The notes under the pieces were generated by a model. It was not told the DNA's origin. It ran no database searches and saw only the letters and a list, made by a program, of their open reading frames with translations. A DNA stretch of 64,000 nucleotides from Chlorokybus atmophyticus (lineage: Eukaryota; Plantae; Mesostigma and Chlorokybus algae). This document shows positions 1 to 13,089 of the stretch, piece by piece. Position 1 is the first letter of the stretch. Each line of letters opens with the position of its first letter. The translations under genes were made by a program, and so were the position numbers. The stretch lies in contig RHPI01002048.1 in the NCBI GenBank assembly GCA_009103225.1, positions 881,036-945,035 on the forward strand, given 5' to 3'.

Positions 1-83
1 ACCGTCGCATTTGAAGAGAACTGCGATTTCCTGCTGCTGTCCATGCATAAGCGGCACACTCTCAAGAACTGTTTGTGTGTGAG

Positions 84-416
84 TGTAAGAGGTCGGGGGG
101 TGCTGCCGCCCCCTTTGCTTCCCTACCCCAACACCACCACCAGCCACGCCGCCGTCTCACACCACCGCCGCCGCTACCAGGGCAGCTGCAAAAGATGCTC
201 TGCCTATGGCGGCCGCTGCGTTAGCAGTGCCGCCATGCGGCTTATATGGGTGTGAGATATGAGTCTCACATCGATACCGGTGTTAGCGATAAGCTAGCAC
301 TACATTAAGGCCATAAAGGCCCTAATATGGCTCGATCGGCTGTTTACTACCCGTTGGGACCCTTGTCTTTAACTACATAAGGGCGAGGAACCGCATAGCA
401 ATAGCACTCCATTACA
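84..416 (-). repeat. 3' LTR of chromovirus A (Ty3/Gypsy)
   Basis: Runs TGTAAGAG...CCATTACA and aligns along its length with 20993-21317. It is followed on the + strand by ttgcccccc, i.e. a GGGGGGCAA polypurine tract on the minus strand. Confidence 0.85.
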
Positions 417-426
417 TTGCCCCCCA
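417..426 (-). promoter_or_regulatory. Polypurine tract of chromovirus A
   Basis: Minus strand reads GGGGGGCAA immediately before the LTR's TGT, like the PPT at 33329-33338. Confidence 0.7.
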
Positions 427-565
427 TTTAGGTTTAAATGTCCTCATGGAAGGCTAGCAAGGCCCCACCATGAGCACAAAAAACCTGAGCAGAAGGAGAA
501 CCAGGGCCGAAGTGGTAAAGATGTCTGCCAGCACCCGTTTACCATCTGAGTGTGGACACATCACT

Positions 566-960
<395 letters not shown>

Positions 961-1599
961 TCTAGGTGGATACTCTAGCCGGTTGTTGAAATCTATGGGC
1001 GCCATGCTGCAACAATAAGCCTTATTGAGTCTTTTTGTTCAGGCATAAATGATGACTTTTGGCTATGCAGTTAGCTGTGCAGTCAGTCTCTGCTATTGAT
1101 GCCACTGGAGCAACTCTTGACTATAACAACTGACTGGGTATGGCACACCTGCGGCATCCACAGTGCCGCCCCTGCCTACCCACGTCCCCAGTCACATCAT
1201 GCCGCCCCCAGCAACGTCGCACACACACCAACACCAATAAGCCTGGCTTGGCAGTGACTGCCAGTCACTGCCACACTGTTGCCACAGCCCGCGCTTGTCT
1301 CCACTAACGTCGCCGCCGTAGTACCTCGGCTGCCGCTCCCGCCGCTGCTGACCAGTGCTGCTGCACTGGCAACCTCAAAAAGGCTGCAGTTGGCCTTTTC
1401 AAGCCGCCGACCGGTGTTGGCCGATTGCGGCCAGCTTTTACCATTGTTTTTGGGGTTTTCCGGCCTCAAATTCGGCCTTTCCTCATTTTGCCAGCCGCAA
1501 GTCGCAGGGCCATCGATCTTATCCGACGGTCACCATAAGTTCGCGCGGCTTGCGAATCATGCCGCGGAAGGCCCTTTCTGGGCCTTTTTAGGCCCTGTT

Positions 1600-4500
1600 T
1601 GCAGCATCAGCTGCGCCCCTAACTTTGAAGGGGGTAATTCTCTCCACATTCACTGTTTCTTGCTTCAAAGAAGCTATGTGCTCAACTAAGATAGTTGTTT
1701 TGGCCGTGTTGTATATCTTCTTGATCACATAACCTCCTTTTCAATTGCCAGCAGCCCCTGCTGCTCTGGGACCGGTTCTCAGCATCACAGTTTGCCCAAC
1801 CTGCAACCACGCTAGTTGAGTTGGGTCAAGTGGTTGCTTCTTTTTGCAAAGTCCTCAATCTGCTTTTGCTGAGCTTGCTCAATATTCATCAGAGCTCGAT
1901 CATAAAGCCTGCTCACAGACTCTTGGCGTTTCAGTAGCAATGCAGCTAAGTCCGCCTCTCCCATTGTGGCATGATCCAATTCCTCTATCTCTGAGTTGCT
2001 GACCACATTGTCAAGCTGAAGCTTGGGGTCTCTGTGATACACCGTCTTGAACGGTGGCACGCGCGTGCTGCGTTGCTTGGTTACATGGTAGGTGAACAGC
2101 ACTCGTTGCAGATTCTGCTCCCACCGGTTTCCCACCATGCTTTTGAACAATGCCAACTTCACTGTTCCATTTATTCTCTCAACCAACCCATTTGTTTGCG
2201 GGCGGTAAGCGCCTGAGTTGACGTTCTCAACATTGTAGCGTGACAGCAAGTCTTGCACTTCATTGTTGAGAAACTCTTTCCCATTGTCACTCTGAATGAT
2301 AGCGGGAACACCATGACGGCAGATGATGTCCTCAAGCAGAAACTTGCGCACATGAATGCCCTCCTTTGAAGGAATTGCCTTTGCCTCGACCCATTTGGTG
2401 AGGTAATCAATGGCCATGACAATGTACTTGTTGCCCTTTACTATTTCAGGCAATGGTCCAACCAAATCAATTCCCACTCTGTGAAAGGCTTCACCAGTCA
2501 CTTTGATTGGATGCAAGGGAGCAGGCTCACGGGACGTACGCCGGTGCTCTTGGCAACTCTTGCAAGAGTTCACATACTCTGTCACTTCCTGAGTCATCCC
2601 ATACCAGAAGAATCGAGGGCGCAACATTTCATGCACCTTGCCAGCACTTGGGTGATGCATGTTATTGTAATGCATCTGGATGATACCACGCCTCAGACTC
2701 TTAGTCACCATCCCAACCAAGTCACCATCTGTGGCTGATCATCCTCATCATAAGTGCTTCTCCCCTTCTTGTTGCCAGGCCTGGTCCAGACCTCACTGCC
2801 TTTCATTGCAAAGCCTTTGGCTCGCTTGCGTACTCGCCTCCTTTCTTGCTTTGACAGTGCTTTGACGCTGGATGGGTCTCTCAAGTATGTGAGCAACACC
2901 CGATCATCTATCACATCTTCAATGGGCTTGCCAGCTGAAAGTTTTGATGGGGGTAAAGTTTGCGCTTCAACTGGAGCCTCCACTATGTCCTCCCCTTCAA
3001 CATCGTGGCTCACCTGAGCCACAAGGCTTGGCATAGTGTTTAATTCAGCAACGTCCTCCCCCTCAGTGCATGTCTCAAGTGCCTCATCTTGTGCCTCATT
3101 GCCGAGGTCAAGCTCATCCGAAGACAGCCCCCCCACACGCACTACCTCTTCTTCAGCAGTGTACAAGTCCGGAGGATTGCGGCTCAGCGCATCCACATGG
3201 TCGTGGTGCTTGCCAGGCTCATACTCCACCACAAAGTCATACTCCTGCAGCTTAAGTGACCATCTGGTGAGCTTGCCCGTAGGATCAGCCGTATTCATCA
3301 ACCATTTTAGAGGGCGATGATCCGTCACCACCGTGAAGGTTGTACCATGCAGGTAGTGCCTCCACATCTCCACACTCCACACGATATCGAGGCACTCTTT
3401 CTCAGTTACACTGTAGTTTCGCTCAGCCTTGTTGAGCATCCGGCTGGCATAAGCTACAACATACTCCTTATTGTCCACACGCTGTGACAATATAGCTCCC
3501 AAAGCATAGTCTGAGGCATCCGTCATCACCACAAAAGGCATATCCAGATCTAACCTCCTCAACACTGGAGCAGTGGTCAACGCGTGTTTCAGCTCATCAA
3601 ACGCTTGCTGCTGCTCTCCCCCCCACACAAATGGCACCACACTGGACGTCAACTCAGTGAGTGGTTGTGCTTTCTTGCTGAAGTTCTCCACAAACCTTCT
3701 GTAGTATGAAGCTAACCCCAAGAATGAGCGCACACGTGTTTGTGTAGTTGGCACAGGGAACTCATGTACTGCCTTCAGCTTGCTGGCTTGTGGTTTCACC
3801 CCATTCTCCATTGGTCATGTCCCAACATGTCAACCTCATACATGCCAAACTTGCACTTCTCGAGTGCCGCCACAAGCTGTGCGTCACGTAGGGCTTGCAT
3901 CACCAAGTTCAAATGCTGAATGTGTTCCTCAAAGGTGTTGGAGTACACAATGATGTTGTTAAAAAACACCAGCACGAACTTGTTGCTGTACTTTTTCAAC
4001 ACTTTCGTCATCAGCCTTTGGAACGTCGCTGGTGCATTGGTGAGACCGAAGGGCATGGTGTTGAATTCATACAAGCCTATCTTGGTCACAAAAGCTGTCT
4101 TCTCACGGTCACGAGGCTCCACCCACACCTGATGGTAAGTAGACAGCAAGTCCAACTTGCTGAAGTACTTGGCTTTGCCCACACTGTCCGAAATGTCGTC
4201 ACACCTTGGCACAGGAAACCTGTCTTTCTTTGTGACCTCATTCAGCTTGCGGTAGTCTATGCAAGGCCGCCAGCCGCGGCCGTTAGGCTTGGGCACCATC
4301 ACAATTGGTGAAGACCATGGGCTTGATGAGGGACTCACAATGCCAGCCTGCAGCATGTATTCAACTTCTTCTTCAATCTGCTGATCCTCAGCACGTGAAG
4401 AGCGGTATGGCTTTTACACAATGGGGCGAGCATCTCCAGTGTCAATCGCATGTGTCACCATGTTAGTGCCAGGCACTCTCTCTCCCAACACAAACTCTTG

Positions 4501-4955
4501 CTTGGTAGCAAAGAGATCATCAAACTTACTCAGCAACTCCACCACCTCCTCCCTTTCTGAGTGTGCTAACTCAGAGTTGATGGGAAGCTGATGCACTGTC
4601 ATAATCTTATCAGATTGCTTGACCTCTATTCCTTGGAAAGATGTGAAGGACATTGTGACACCCGCTCCAAAGCCTTCCTCCCTGTCAAAGGTGAGCTGCC
4701 TGCTGGAGATTTGCACCAACTCGAGCTAGCCAATCCGTGCCAACCAGCAGGTCATCCATGTTGTTGAGGGGCTGACGTTTACACGTACGGCATGCGTGAC
4801 TTCACCAATGGTAATGGGGAGCTCCTCAAGCACTCCCAAAAAGGCGCACTCGGTACCATTGGCAACTCTTATGACTCGGCGGGTGGGTTGCATTGAACTT
4901 TGCAAGCCTAAGGCTTCCACCAATTCCCATCACAGTGCATCACCGGTAATTCTAG
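1600..4955 (-). mobile_element. Ty3/Gypsy element B pol (PR-RT-RNase H-integrase), frameshifted, no LTRs recognised
   Basis: RT SPWSSPIVMVPK...CIDYRKLN...MPFGLTNAPATFQ, with YLDD degenerated to FFNN (3796-4356). RNase H TDASDYALGAILSQ...YSVTEKE...TDHRPL (2705-3811). Integrase H2C2 and GIDLVGP...SDNG...GLVER (1812-2720). Protease remnant at 4726-4955. Confidence 0.9.
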
Positions 4956-5063
4956 ACCCCCCGAATTTCGGAAAATTCAACGCATTTGCCCTGAATACTC
5001 ATCTGTTTTGTGTGTGAACTCGCCACTTGCGTGGCTGCAGAGGTCGCTGTTACGATTGCTGAC

Positions 5064-5121
5064 TAAATATCCATTGCTTGTATTCAGGCCAAATGCCCTG
5101 AATACAAGCAATGGATATTTA
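5064..5121. repeat. Perfect 25-bp inverted repeat (hairpin, 8-nt loop)
   Basis: TAAATATCCATTGCTTGTATTCAGG (5064-5088) and its exact reverse complement (5097-5121). Confidence 0.95.
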
Positions 5122-5350
5122 CACGTTTTTGTCATGAATAATTGTAGTTGTCCATCTCGCACACAACCTCCTGCATGTGAGTAGTTATTCACTCGCAATA
5201 GAACTGCGTATTCAGTCTTCTTAGGTATACATGGTCCTAGACTTGTACCATGGCACCAAGTGATTATTTATACTTTGTGTGCGTGAATATTTACAGCGCC
5301 TGCTCTCACACTAGGTCCTCCTTATTAGTAATTATTCACACGCATATTGG

Positions 5351-5580
5351 CTTAATGTTCACACATACTAAAGCTGTTTCAACAGCACATGTACCATACT
5401 AGCGAGTGATTACTTATACGATTGTAATTGAATAATACAGCATATCTGCTCTCACACATAGTTAGCTTAATGTTCACACATACTAAAGCTGTTTCAACAG
5501 CACATGTACCATACTAGCGAGTGATTACTTATACGATTGTAATTGAATGATACAGCATATCTGCTCTCACACATAGTTCT
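5351..5580. repeat. 115-bp tandem repeat, two near-identical copies with diverged flanking copies (~5220-5740)
   Basis: CTTAATGTTCACACATACTAAAGCTG... starts at 5351 and 5466. The motif CTGCTCTCACAC recurs in the flanks. Confidence 0.9.
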
Positions 5581-5899
5581 ATAAATGAGTGGTTATTCAC
5601 CCATAGTATGGTTGAACAATCACTGCTGCCTTTGGTTGATTTTTCACGCAAATTATAATTGAACAATACAGCATTTCTGCTCACACACGTAGTCCTACAT
5701 ATAAGTGGTTATTCACTCACAATTTGGTTGAATAATCACTGCATCTTGCTATCGTCAACAGCTGTGACATAGCATAGCTGTGACATAGCACATAGCAATC
5801 AGTCCAGCCGGTGAATTGGGACAGCAATGTCAGCTGACTCGAACAACAAGTTCACTAATGTCTACAATGTATCTCTGCTACCTACTTCTTGCTGCCTCG

Positions 5900-8213
5900 A
5901 CCACGCCCACCGCGCCCACCCCGCCCACCCCGGCTGCCCTTCCCACGGCCCCTCCCGCGCTGTGTGGTTGTGCCTTCCTTTGCTGGCTCCCTCACCTTGA
6001 TACTCTTCAGCGACCCAACAGGCCAAAGTAGCAACAAACCCGTCTCGCACTCTGCGTATACATCAACCACACATGAACTCAGCTGACTTGCACAATGTTG
6101 AAACTGTTCATGCAATCGCATGCACACAAACGCGTTCACCTTTCAAGTGGGTCACTTGCGCTCCAACCCCATCACGCTTGAAGCTGATTGGCAGAGGCAC
6201 AACCTCTTCTTCCCCTGGTCCGGGACGTCTGGTCCTAGTGATGGGAAGACTGCGGCTGAACTGGACCACCATGTTGCCCTCTCCAATCTTCTTGCCATGA
6301 AACTTGTTGACAGGATTGTTGTCGCTTATGTGCGCCTCCCAAACTGGTTCTTTGCGCCCGTTAATAAACAGCTGGACTTCATTGCCAACCTTCATCGTCG
6401 GTGCGGTGTCGTCCTTGTCGCTCAGCTCTTCCTGCACATGCAAGGGACAAACACATCAAGAGGTACACACATACACAAATGTGATCTCTCATACAGCGCT
6501 TGCGAAGCGACCTGCCTTCTGCGAGTCGTTGTTGCTGTTGTTGGGGCTGTCCCCCTCGCTGTCCGGGGCGCTGTTCTTGGCGCCATCTTCACCGCTGTTC
6601 TCGCTTCTATCTGTCTCCGGCATTTCTGAATACGTTGGCTCATCTTGCGCGACAAGGTGACACGACGTGTTAACAAGCTTACAACCGTCAGGCAACGAAT
6701 GCGTGCCTGCTGCAGGTGACAGTTTGTGTGCAGCCGGAAGAACGCAAGAAGCCCATAAGATCAAGTACATGGTGCTTTCATACCTCCTTTTGCTTGCCGC
6801 TCTTCTTCTCCAACACCGTCTCCTGCTTGCCAGTCGAGTGGCCTGCCTCCTGAGACTTGTAGGGAGCCGGTATCGAGCGAACAGTTTTCGAGCCTGAACA
6901 CAACAGTCATGAACGATCATGAACACATGTTTAGCAAAGTACAAGCAGGAGCGGCATCTGACCTGTGAACCAGTAGCAGGAGAACTTGAGGGTTGTGGTG
7001 CAGTGCCTTCCTTGTTACCTATCGCATACACAAGGCACCGATCACAAAAGCCTGCATATACACACAGTACTTTAGCAGTTGCCTGCGCGCGCAAGACGCG
7101 GCTCACGCAGCGAGGTGCCATTGTTGTCGTCGCTGGCGTCGCTGGTGGGATGTAAACGCGTGGGCGCTGTGCAATTACAAGGGGTCATCATACACACCAC
7201 ACAACCTGCATACATAAGGCACCATCAAACACAAAGCATCGTTCTCAACACGACATTGACAAAGCCAATTTTGTGCAAACTGTAGGTCACCCTTTGAGGT
7301 GGCATCCTCGTCGTCGCTGGCAGATTGCACTTCTTTTTACTTCTTGGGCTTCTTCTTGTTGGCTTTCTATCAAGCACATGGCAAAGGCACTCAAGACATG
7401 CACATCGCACAAACACCTTAGTCACTACATGACACACACCTTGTTGTTCTTGTCGCTAGGCCCTCCCCTGCGCCTTGGCACAAAGCCCCCCGCGAAAGCC
7501 TTCGCCATCATCTCCTTGTAACGCTTCCGACTCTTTTCTTTCTGCTTCTCTTTGTGCTTGGGGTTGCTATATCCCTTTTTGTTGCCCAGATACTGTTGAA
7601 TCTTCAAACGCGCCTACCCACTAATCAAGAAGTTGTGAAGGCCAACACATGCAAAGCAAACTCCTCCCAGCTCAGACAATGCTGCCATATTGCATGACGG
7701 CTCATGTAACTGTGGGAAATTGCCAACCATTTCATAGGAGAGCTCTGGATTCAGCAGATGCCAGCATTTGGTTGCAAGAGCGAACTTGAATGGGTTCTGC
7801 TTCGTTTGAGTCTTCCCCGGCATCATGCGACAGTACTCGTAGCAAATCCGGCCTTTGTCGGCCAGCTTGGTGACCTTGCGACGATCACGGGCATGATGCT
7901 TCCGACGCCAATGTAGGACCTTCAGTGCCTGCATAGTTTGCATTGGTGCACTAGTACAACATGGGACGAAACCGACTTCGGCAGCAAGGTCTGACATTGA
8001 TTGCGGATGCTTGATGCATAAGCTCACTTTTAAAGAGACCATTGATGTGGTCTCAAGATCACGCAAGTAAACAGTCGCCTCACTGGTTTCCCACTCATGC
8101 TACAGCTGCTCATCAGAAGGACCACCAGCATTCTTCCCCCATATCTCTTCGTCCAAATTCTCCCATCCTTCGCTGCAGTTGCTGGACCGCCCACCCGACG
8201 TGGTGCCTGACAT
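5900..8213 (-). pseudogene. TnpA-like (En/Spm accessory) gene, multi-exon, with premature stop
   Basis: 6108-6443 VGNEVQLFINGRKEPVWEAHISDNNPVNKFHGKKIGEGNMVVQF...LPISF resembles the Tnp1/En/Spm C-terminal domain. The putative start MSGTTSGG near 8213 has an in-frame TAG. Exon boundaries are unresolved. Confidence 0.55.
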
Positions 8214-8499
8214 GATGATGCCCTCCTGTAGATAAATCAAGCTTGCTTTACAAGTCAATTGCAACCGCAACCCTAATCAACCTCAAGTCTTGGTTGACTC
8301 AAGTGACTGCAGGTTGTAAGCCATGTGGACTTGCTTATTGACTTGTTACAGCAAGCAAACGATGTACCTTGCAAAAGAAGTGTCTCCAAGCTGCTTGCAC
8401 AAAGGCGTGCTTGTGAACTTGTCAAACAGGCACCCAGCAAACCAAGCACCCAGTACCTTGTAGAGTAGAAGCTTCTTCAGCTATTTTTCAGCTGAACAC

Positions 8500-8968
8500 T
8501 GTTGAGGATATTCTTGTATCCGGTCAGCTTGCTCTGTGGATAAGAATAGCCGCGAGAAAATCCAGGCGCGAGAAGGTTCCAGTCGAGAAAGGTCCAGGCG
8601 AGGACTTCAGTCGAGAAGGTTCCAGGCGCGGAGTCGAGTCCGGAGTCTGGAGACTTCCAAGCGCTGTAGAAGAAACGTTGTAGCTCGGTGGTTACGTCAT
8701 TGTATGGCGCGTGTCATAGCTTGTTGGAAAGCTCTTAAAAGTAGCTACGTGGTGCAACTTAGAGCGCAGGAATTGGTTGAGTGTAGAAGTCGTGGTGGCT
8801 TCTAGAGTAGACAGGTGCAGAACTGGCGGGTATAAAAGCCCGCGGTGTGACTTTGTTGTAATCCTTAGAAAGCCTTTTGGATCAGCCTTGTGTGTATGCT
8901 CTGGTAGAGTGTGTGTACTTGTGCTCGCACCAACTCTATGCATGGTCAGTAGTGTCCGAATCTCAACA
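8500..8968 (+). repeat. 5' LTR of non-autonomous Copia
   Basis: TGTTGAGG...CTCAACA; highly similar to 10808-11279; contains short CGAGAAGGTTCCAG-like internal repeats. Confidence 0.95.
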
Positions 8969-8982
8969 GGTTATGGGCCCAC
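8969..8982 (+). promoter_or_regulatory. Primer binding site complementary to the tRNA-iMet anticodon arm (half-tRNA priming type)
   Basis: GGTTATGGGCCCAC directly after the LTR; complementary to GUGGGCCCAUAACC of plant initiator tRNA. Confidence 0.8.
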
Positions 8983-9080
8983 ACTACGCTGGTCTAGCAA
9001 GTGTCTAGAGGCGTGATAACGGCAGTAGGCTAGGCAAGGAGTTCTAGCTAAGTCTTGTGAGGTTGGGTGAGTCCTGGAAG

Positions 9081-10754
9081 ATGGCAACCAACTACGATAA
9101 GGTAACCGTGGAGCCTTTGGACGTGGACAACTACAACACATGGAGCGTGCGCATGAAGATGTTGCTGGTGCACAAAGACCTATGGGAGTACGTGGATACG
9201 GAGGAAGCAGATCCCATGAGGCAGAGCACGGTGTGGAAGCAACAAAGTGGGAGAGCGCTTGCCCTGATCGGTCTCAACGTGAAGGATCGTCACTTGGTGT
9301 TGGTGGATGGCTGCAAGACTGCACGAGAAGCTTGGAAGAAATTGGCATCGCACTTCAAGGCGAAGAATAGCGCGAGGAAGGTGCAGCTGAAGAGAGAGCT
9401 CGCTGGGTTGAAGAAGCAAGGCGCAGCGGAGCCTCTTACCAAGTATGTGTCGCGTGCACGAGAGTTGCAGAAGGACCTTCAAGGCGTTGGCTATGAGGTG
9501 AAAGAGTCCGAGTTGGTGTGGCAAGTACTGTCTGGGTTGCCTGAAGACTATGACACGGTAATCACGGTCTTGGAGGGCTTGGAGGCAGAACCCACGGTGG
9601 ACGAGGTGGTTTCAAGATTGCTGCAGGTGGAGTCGAGGCTAGCGAAGAAGCATGAGGAAGGCCCGGAGGCGACGGCTTTCTCAACGACTTCAGGAAGAGG
9701 TACTGATCGTTTTCAGCATGGGTCTGGGCGTTTCAGTGGTGATGGTGGCGGTGGTAGTGGTGGTGGAGCGTCAAGGAGTGACAGGGTCTGCTACTATTGC
9801 GGGAAGAAGGGCCACATCAGGGTGCATTGCTCGATGAAAAAGCAGCACGAAAAGGAGCGTGGTGGAGAGAAGCATCATGCCATGACGGGACGTGTTCGAG
9901 AAACGCCTATTGCCTTTCATGCAACAACGGAAGGTGAGGCAGCTGGGTGGGTGCTGGACTCGGGATGCACGAGGCATATGACGGGTGATCGTGAGAAGTT
10001 GGCGCAGTACAAGGTCTTAGAGAAGCCAATCAAGGTGAAGTTTGGCAAGACGGAGGTGCTCGCGGTTGGTGTAGGAGAAGCGAAGATCCTATCTCAAGTT
10101 TGAGGAAGGACGAGGCAAGTGTTGTTGTGAGAGGTTTCGTATGTCCCAGGGCTAGAGGTTAGCCTATTCTCTATGCGCAACGCGGCGAGAGTTGGTGCTG
10201 TGACAGTGTTTAATGGGGACATAGGAAGGGTAGTGCTGCGTGGTGTCACATAGTTGGTTGGCATCAACGTTGAAGGGCTCTACATCATTAAGGAGGTCAA
10301 GGGTGCGGATATGCACAAGAAGACCAAGGTGGAGGTGTTCAAGTCAGCACCGGTTGTGAAGAAGATGAAGAAGAAGGCCAAGGTCGAGCCTGTTACTCAT
10401 AAGGGAGCGGGAGCTCAAGAGAAGGTGACGAAGATCGTGTCACATGCGAGTGGTGGAGTGATTCCACGTGTGGAGGTTGCTGGTGGTGTCAAGAAGGCTG
10501 AAGGTGCAGTTCCGAAGCCCGTGGGAGCCAAAGGAGGCGTTGGCATTAGCAAGGACAAGAAGGAGAAGCATGGTGGTGGTGGTGTGCAGGACGTTGCCGA
10601 GAGTGAGCACGTGGGAGCACATACAAATGACCATGAGAGTTGCAATAAGGGTGTGCAAGTGAAGAGCTTCAAGGAGGCGCTCATAAGAGGTGCGGGAAGT
10701 GTCTTCAAGATGGTTGGAAGAGCAAAGGATGGCGTGGGAGTTCGTTGCGCATAA
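9081..10754 (+). pseudogene. Copia Gag-protease followed by a Lys-rich tail; one reading frame broken by three stops
   Basis: LDVDNYNTWSVRMK, CCHC knuckle CYYCGKKGHIRVHC, protease WVLDSGCTRHM. In-frame stops TGA 10101, TGA 10128 and TAG 10251, then GLYII and a K/V/G-rich tail. Confidence 0.85.
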
Positions 10755-10807
10755 GTACGCAAGGAGTTGGCATTGAAGGTCTAAAGGCCAAGCTGCCCGC
10801 GTGGGAG

Positions 10808-11279
10808 TGTTGAGGATATTCTTGTATCCGGTCAGCTTGCCCTGTGGATAAGAATAGCCGCGAGAAAATTCAGGCGCGAGAAGGTTCCAGTCGAGAAAGG
10901 TCCAGGCGAGGACTTCAGTCGAGAAGGTTCCAGGCGCGGAGTCGAGTCCGGAGTCTGGAGATTTTGAAGCGCTGTAGAAGAAACGTTGTAGCTCGGTGGT
11001 TACGTCATTGTATGGCGCATGTCATAGCTTGTTGGAAAGCTCTTGAAAGTAGCTACGTGGTGCAACTTAGAGCGCAAGAATTGGTTGAGTGTAGAAGTCG
11101 TGGTGGCTTCTAGAGTAGACAGGTGCAGAACTGGCGGGTATAAACCCGCGCCGCGGTGTGACTTTGTTGTAATCCTTAGAAAGCCTTTTGGATCAGCCTT
11201 GTGTGTATGCTCTGGTAGAGTGTGTGTACTTGTGCTTGCACCAACTCCATGCATGGTCAGTAGTGTCCGAATCTCAACA
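10808..11279 (+). repeat. 3' LTR of non-autonomous Copia
   Basis: Direct repeat of 8500-8968. Confidence 0.95.
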
Positions 11280-13089
11280 AACACGACAAAGGTAAGCCCA
11301 ACAGCAAGCTAGCAAGCAAATGGCATGTGCATGTACCAACATGTGCTTACGAACTTGTCAAACAGGCACACTGCAAGCCAAACACCCAGTACCTTGTAGA
11401 GTAGAAGCTGCTTCAGCTTCTTGCCAGCTGAACATGACAAAGGTAAGCCTAACAGCAAGCTAGCAGGCAAATGGCATGTGCATGCACAAACATGTGCTTG
11501 TGAACTTGTCAAACAGGCACACTGCAAGCTAAACACCCAGTACCTTGTAGAGTAGAAGCTGCTTCAGCTTCTTGCCAGCTGAACACGACAAAGGTAAGCC
11601 TAACAGCAAGCTAGCAAGCAAATGGCATGTACAAACATGTGCTTGTGATCTTGTCAAACAGGCACACTGCAAGCCAAACACCCAGTACCTTGTAGAGTAG
11701 AAGCTGCTTCAGCTTCTTGCCAGCTGAACACGACAAAGGTAAGCCCAACAGCAAGCTAGCAAGCAAATGGCATGTGCATGCACAAACATGTGCTTGTAAA
11801 CTTGTCAAACATGCACTGCAAGCCAAACACCCAGTACCTTGTAGAGTAGAAGCTGCATCAGCTTCTTGCCAGCTGAACATGACAAAGGTAAGCCTAACAG
11901 CAAGCTAGCAGGCAAATGGCAGTCCAGAATGCTAGCGGCACAACACCATGCTGTATTTGCTAATTGCAACGAAGTGACCCAGCATGCAACCACCAGAAGA
12001 GCATTGCGACAAGATAAGATCCATGTGGGTAGGTGATGTGCGTGCATGCATGCTTGTCTAACGGGGTTTAGGCTAGTAGTGAAGTTAGGTAGGTAGTAAG
12101 TAGGAAGAGCACCCGGTGGTGAATGTAAGTGTTGTGTGCTGTTGTGTGTGGTGTGCAATGCATGCCTCACATTGTGATACATGCCACAATCTCTGTATCC
12201 AATATATTGTACAGCTAACAACGCTCGCTCACCTCGCCACAGCGCCGCCGCCGCTAACACAACCAGCAAGTTCGCCGGTGCTGTGGGACAATCACTGCAA
12301 TTCCCGGTGCGGAAATCCCTGCAATCATTGGAATGCAGTGATCGTTGGGGAAATCCACATCAGGAATTGTGCTGGTCGGACACTAGTTGCGTCTCCGCTT
12401 GCTCCGACCACAATAGGCCGCACGAGCAATTGCCGTGGAAATTGCCTTTTGTCGAAACTTTGATTGCCAAATGAACTCTATGTTTATTGGTCCATACAAA
12501 CCAAGCGAAATTACATTCTCTATTTCCGATGAAATCGTCCATGTCCGAGGACGGTGTCTGTGTGGCTTACCCCAAACTATAAGTAACCCTAACCCAAACA
12601 TCCAATGCATGCTGGTAGTTGTGCTGCAACAATGGACCCCCCTGTACCCATGCGCAGCATAAATGAGGCTCTAACGCAGGCGCTCCTCGCAGTCGGGCGG
12701 CGATTAGTGGGATTAGGTCAGGTCTTGACACAACCGTGGAACGGCTATGTGGACTCTGGCGATGCTCGCTATCATCAGGTATCTTTCTCGCTATTCATGG
12801 TGTGAGTTGCGTGCACTATGTCACTCTGCATGCTGCTGACAATGCATGCCACTATGCATGTGCCATACTGTCGCGCATTGTGTGTACATGCGTATGCCTT
12901 GTGTGCGATTTGGGTTGAGTTTGCCTGTGTAGTGTATATGAGGGGTATGGTACGGTGGCAGCATGCATGGTTTGGACAATGCGAATGGCATGCATCAGCA
13001 CAAGCATACACACGCTTTACACATCAAATGTGCATATGTTTGTCCTGCTATGATATATGACAGCCACCGCGACGCAGTTTTTTCATTGC

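Larger units (their letters stand above)
8500..11279 (+). mobile_element. Non-autonomous Ty1/Copia LTR element (2780 bp) with AACAC target-site duplication
   Basis: LTRs 8500-8968 and 10808-11279 (TGTTG...CAACA), TSD AACAC on both sides, PBS and GTGGGAG PPT. No integrase, RT or RNase H. Confidence 0.95.
8400..11915. repeat. ~151-bp tandem repeat array split by the Copia insertion (partial unit 8400-8499; units at 11285, 11436, 11587, 11732, 11881)
   Basis: GACAAAGGTAAGCC recurs at spacings of 151, 151, 145 and 149 bp. The unit left of 8500 continues exactly after 11279. Confidence 0.9.

Noticed and set aside
979-1600. 3' LTR of Gypsy B starting at TGTTGAAATC
   Set aside because: No partner LTR or clear PPT in the window.
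8536-11312. ORFs 8536-8805, 10844-11113 and neighbours as genes
   Set aside because: They lie within the duplicated LTRs and recur only because the LTR is duplicated.
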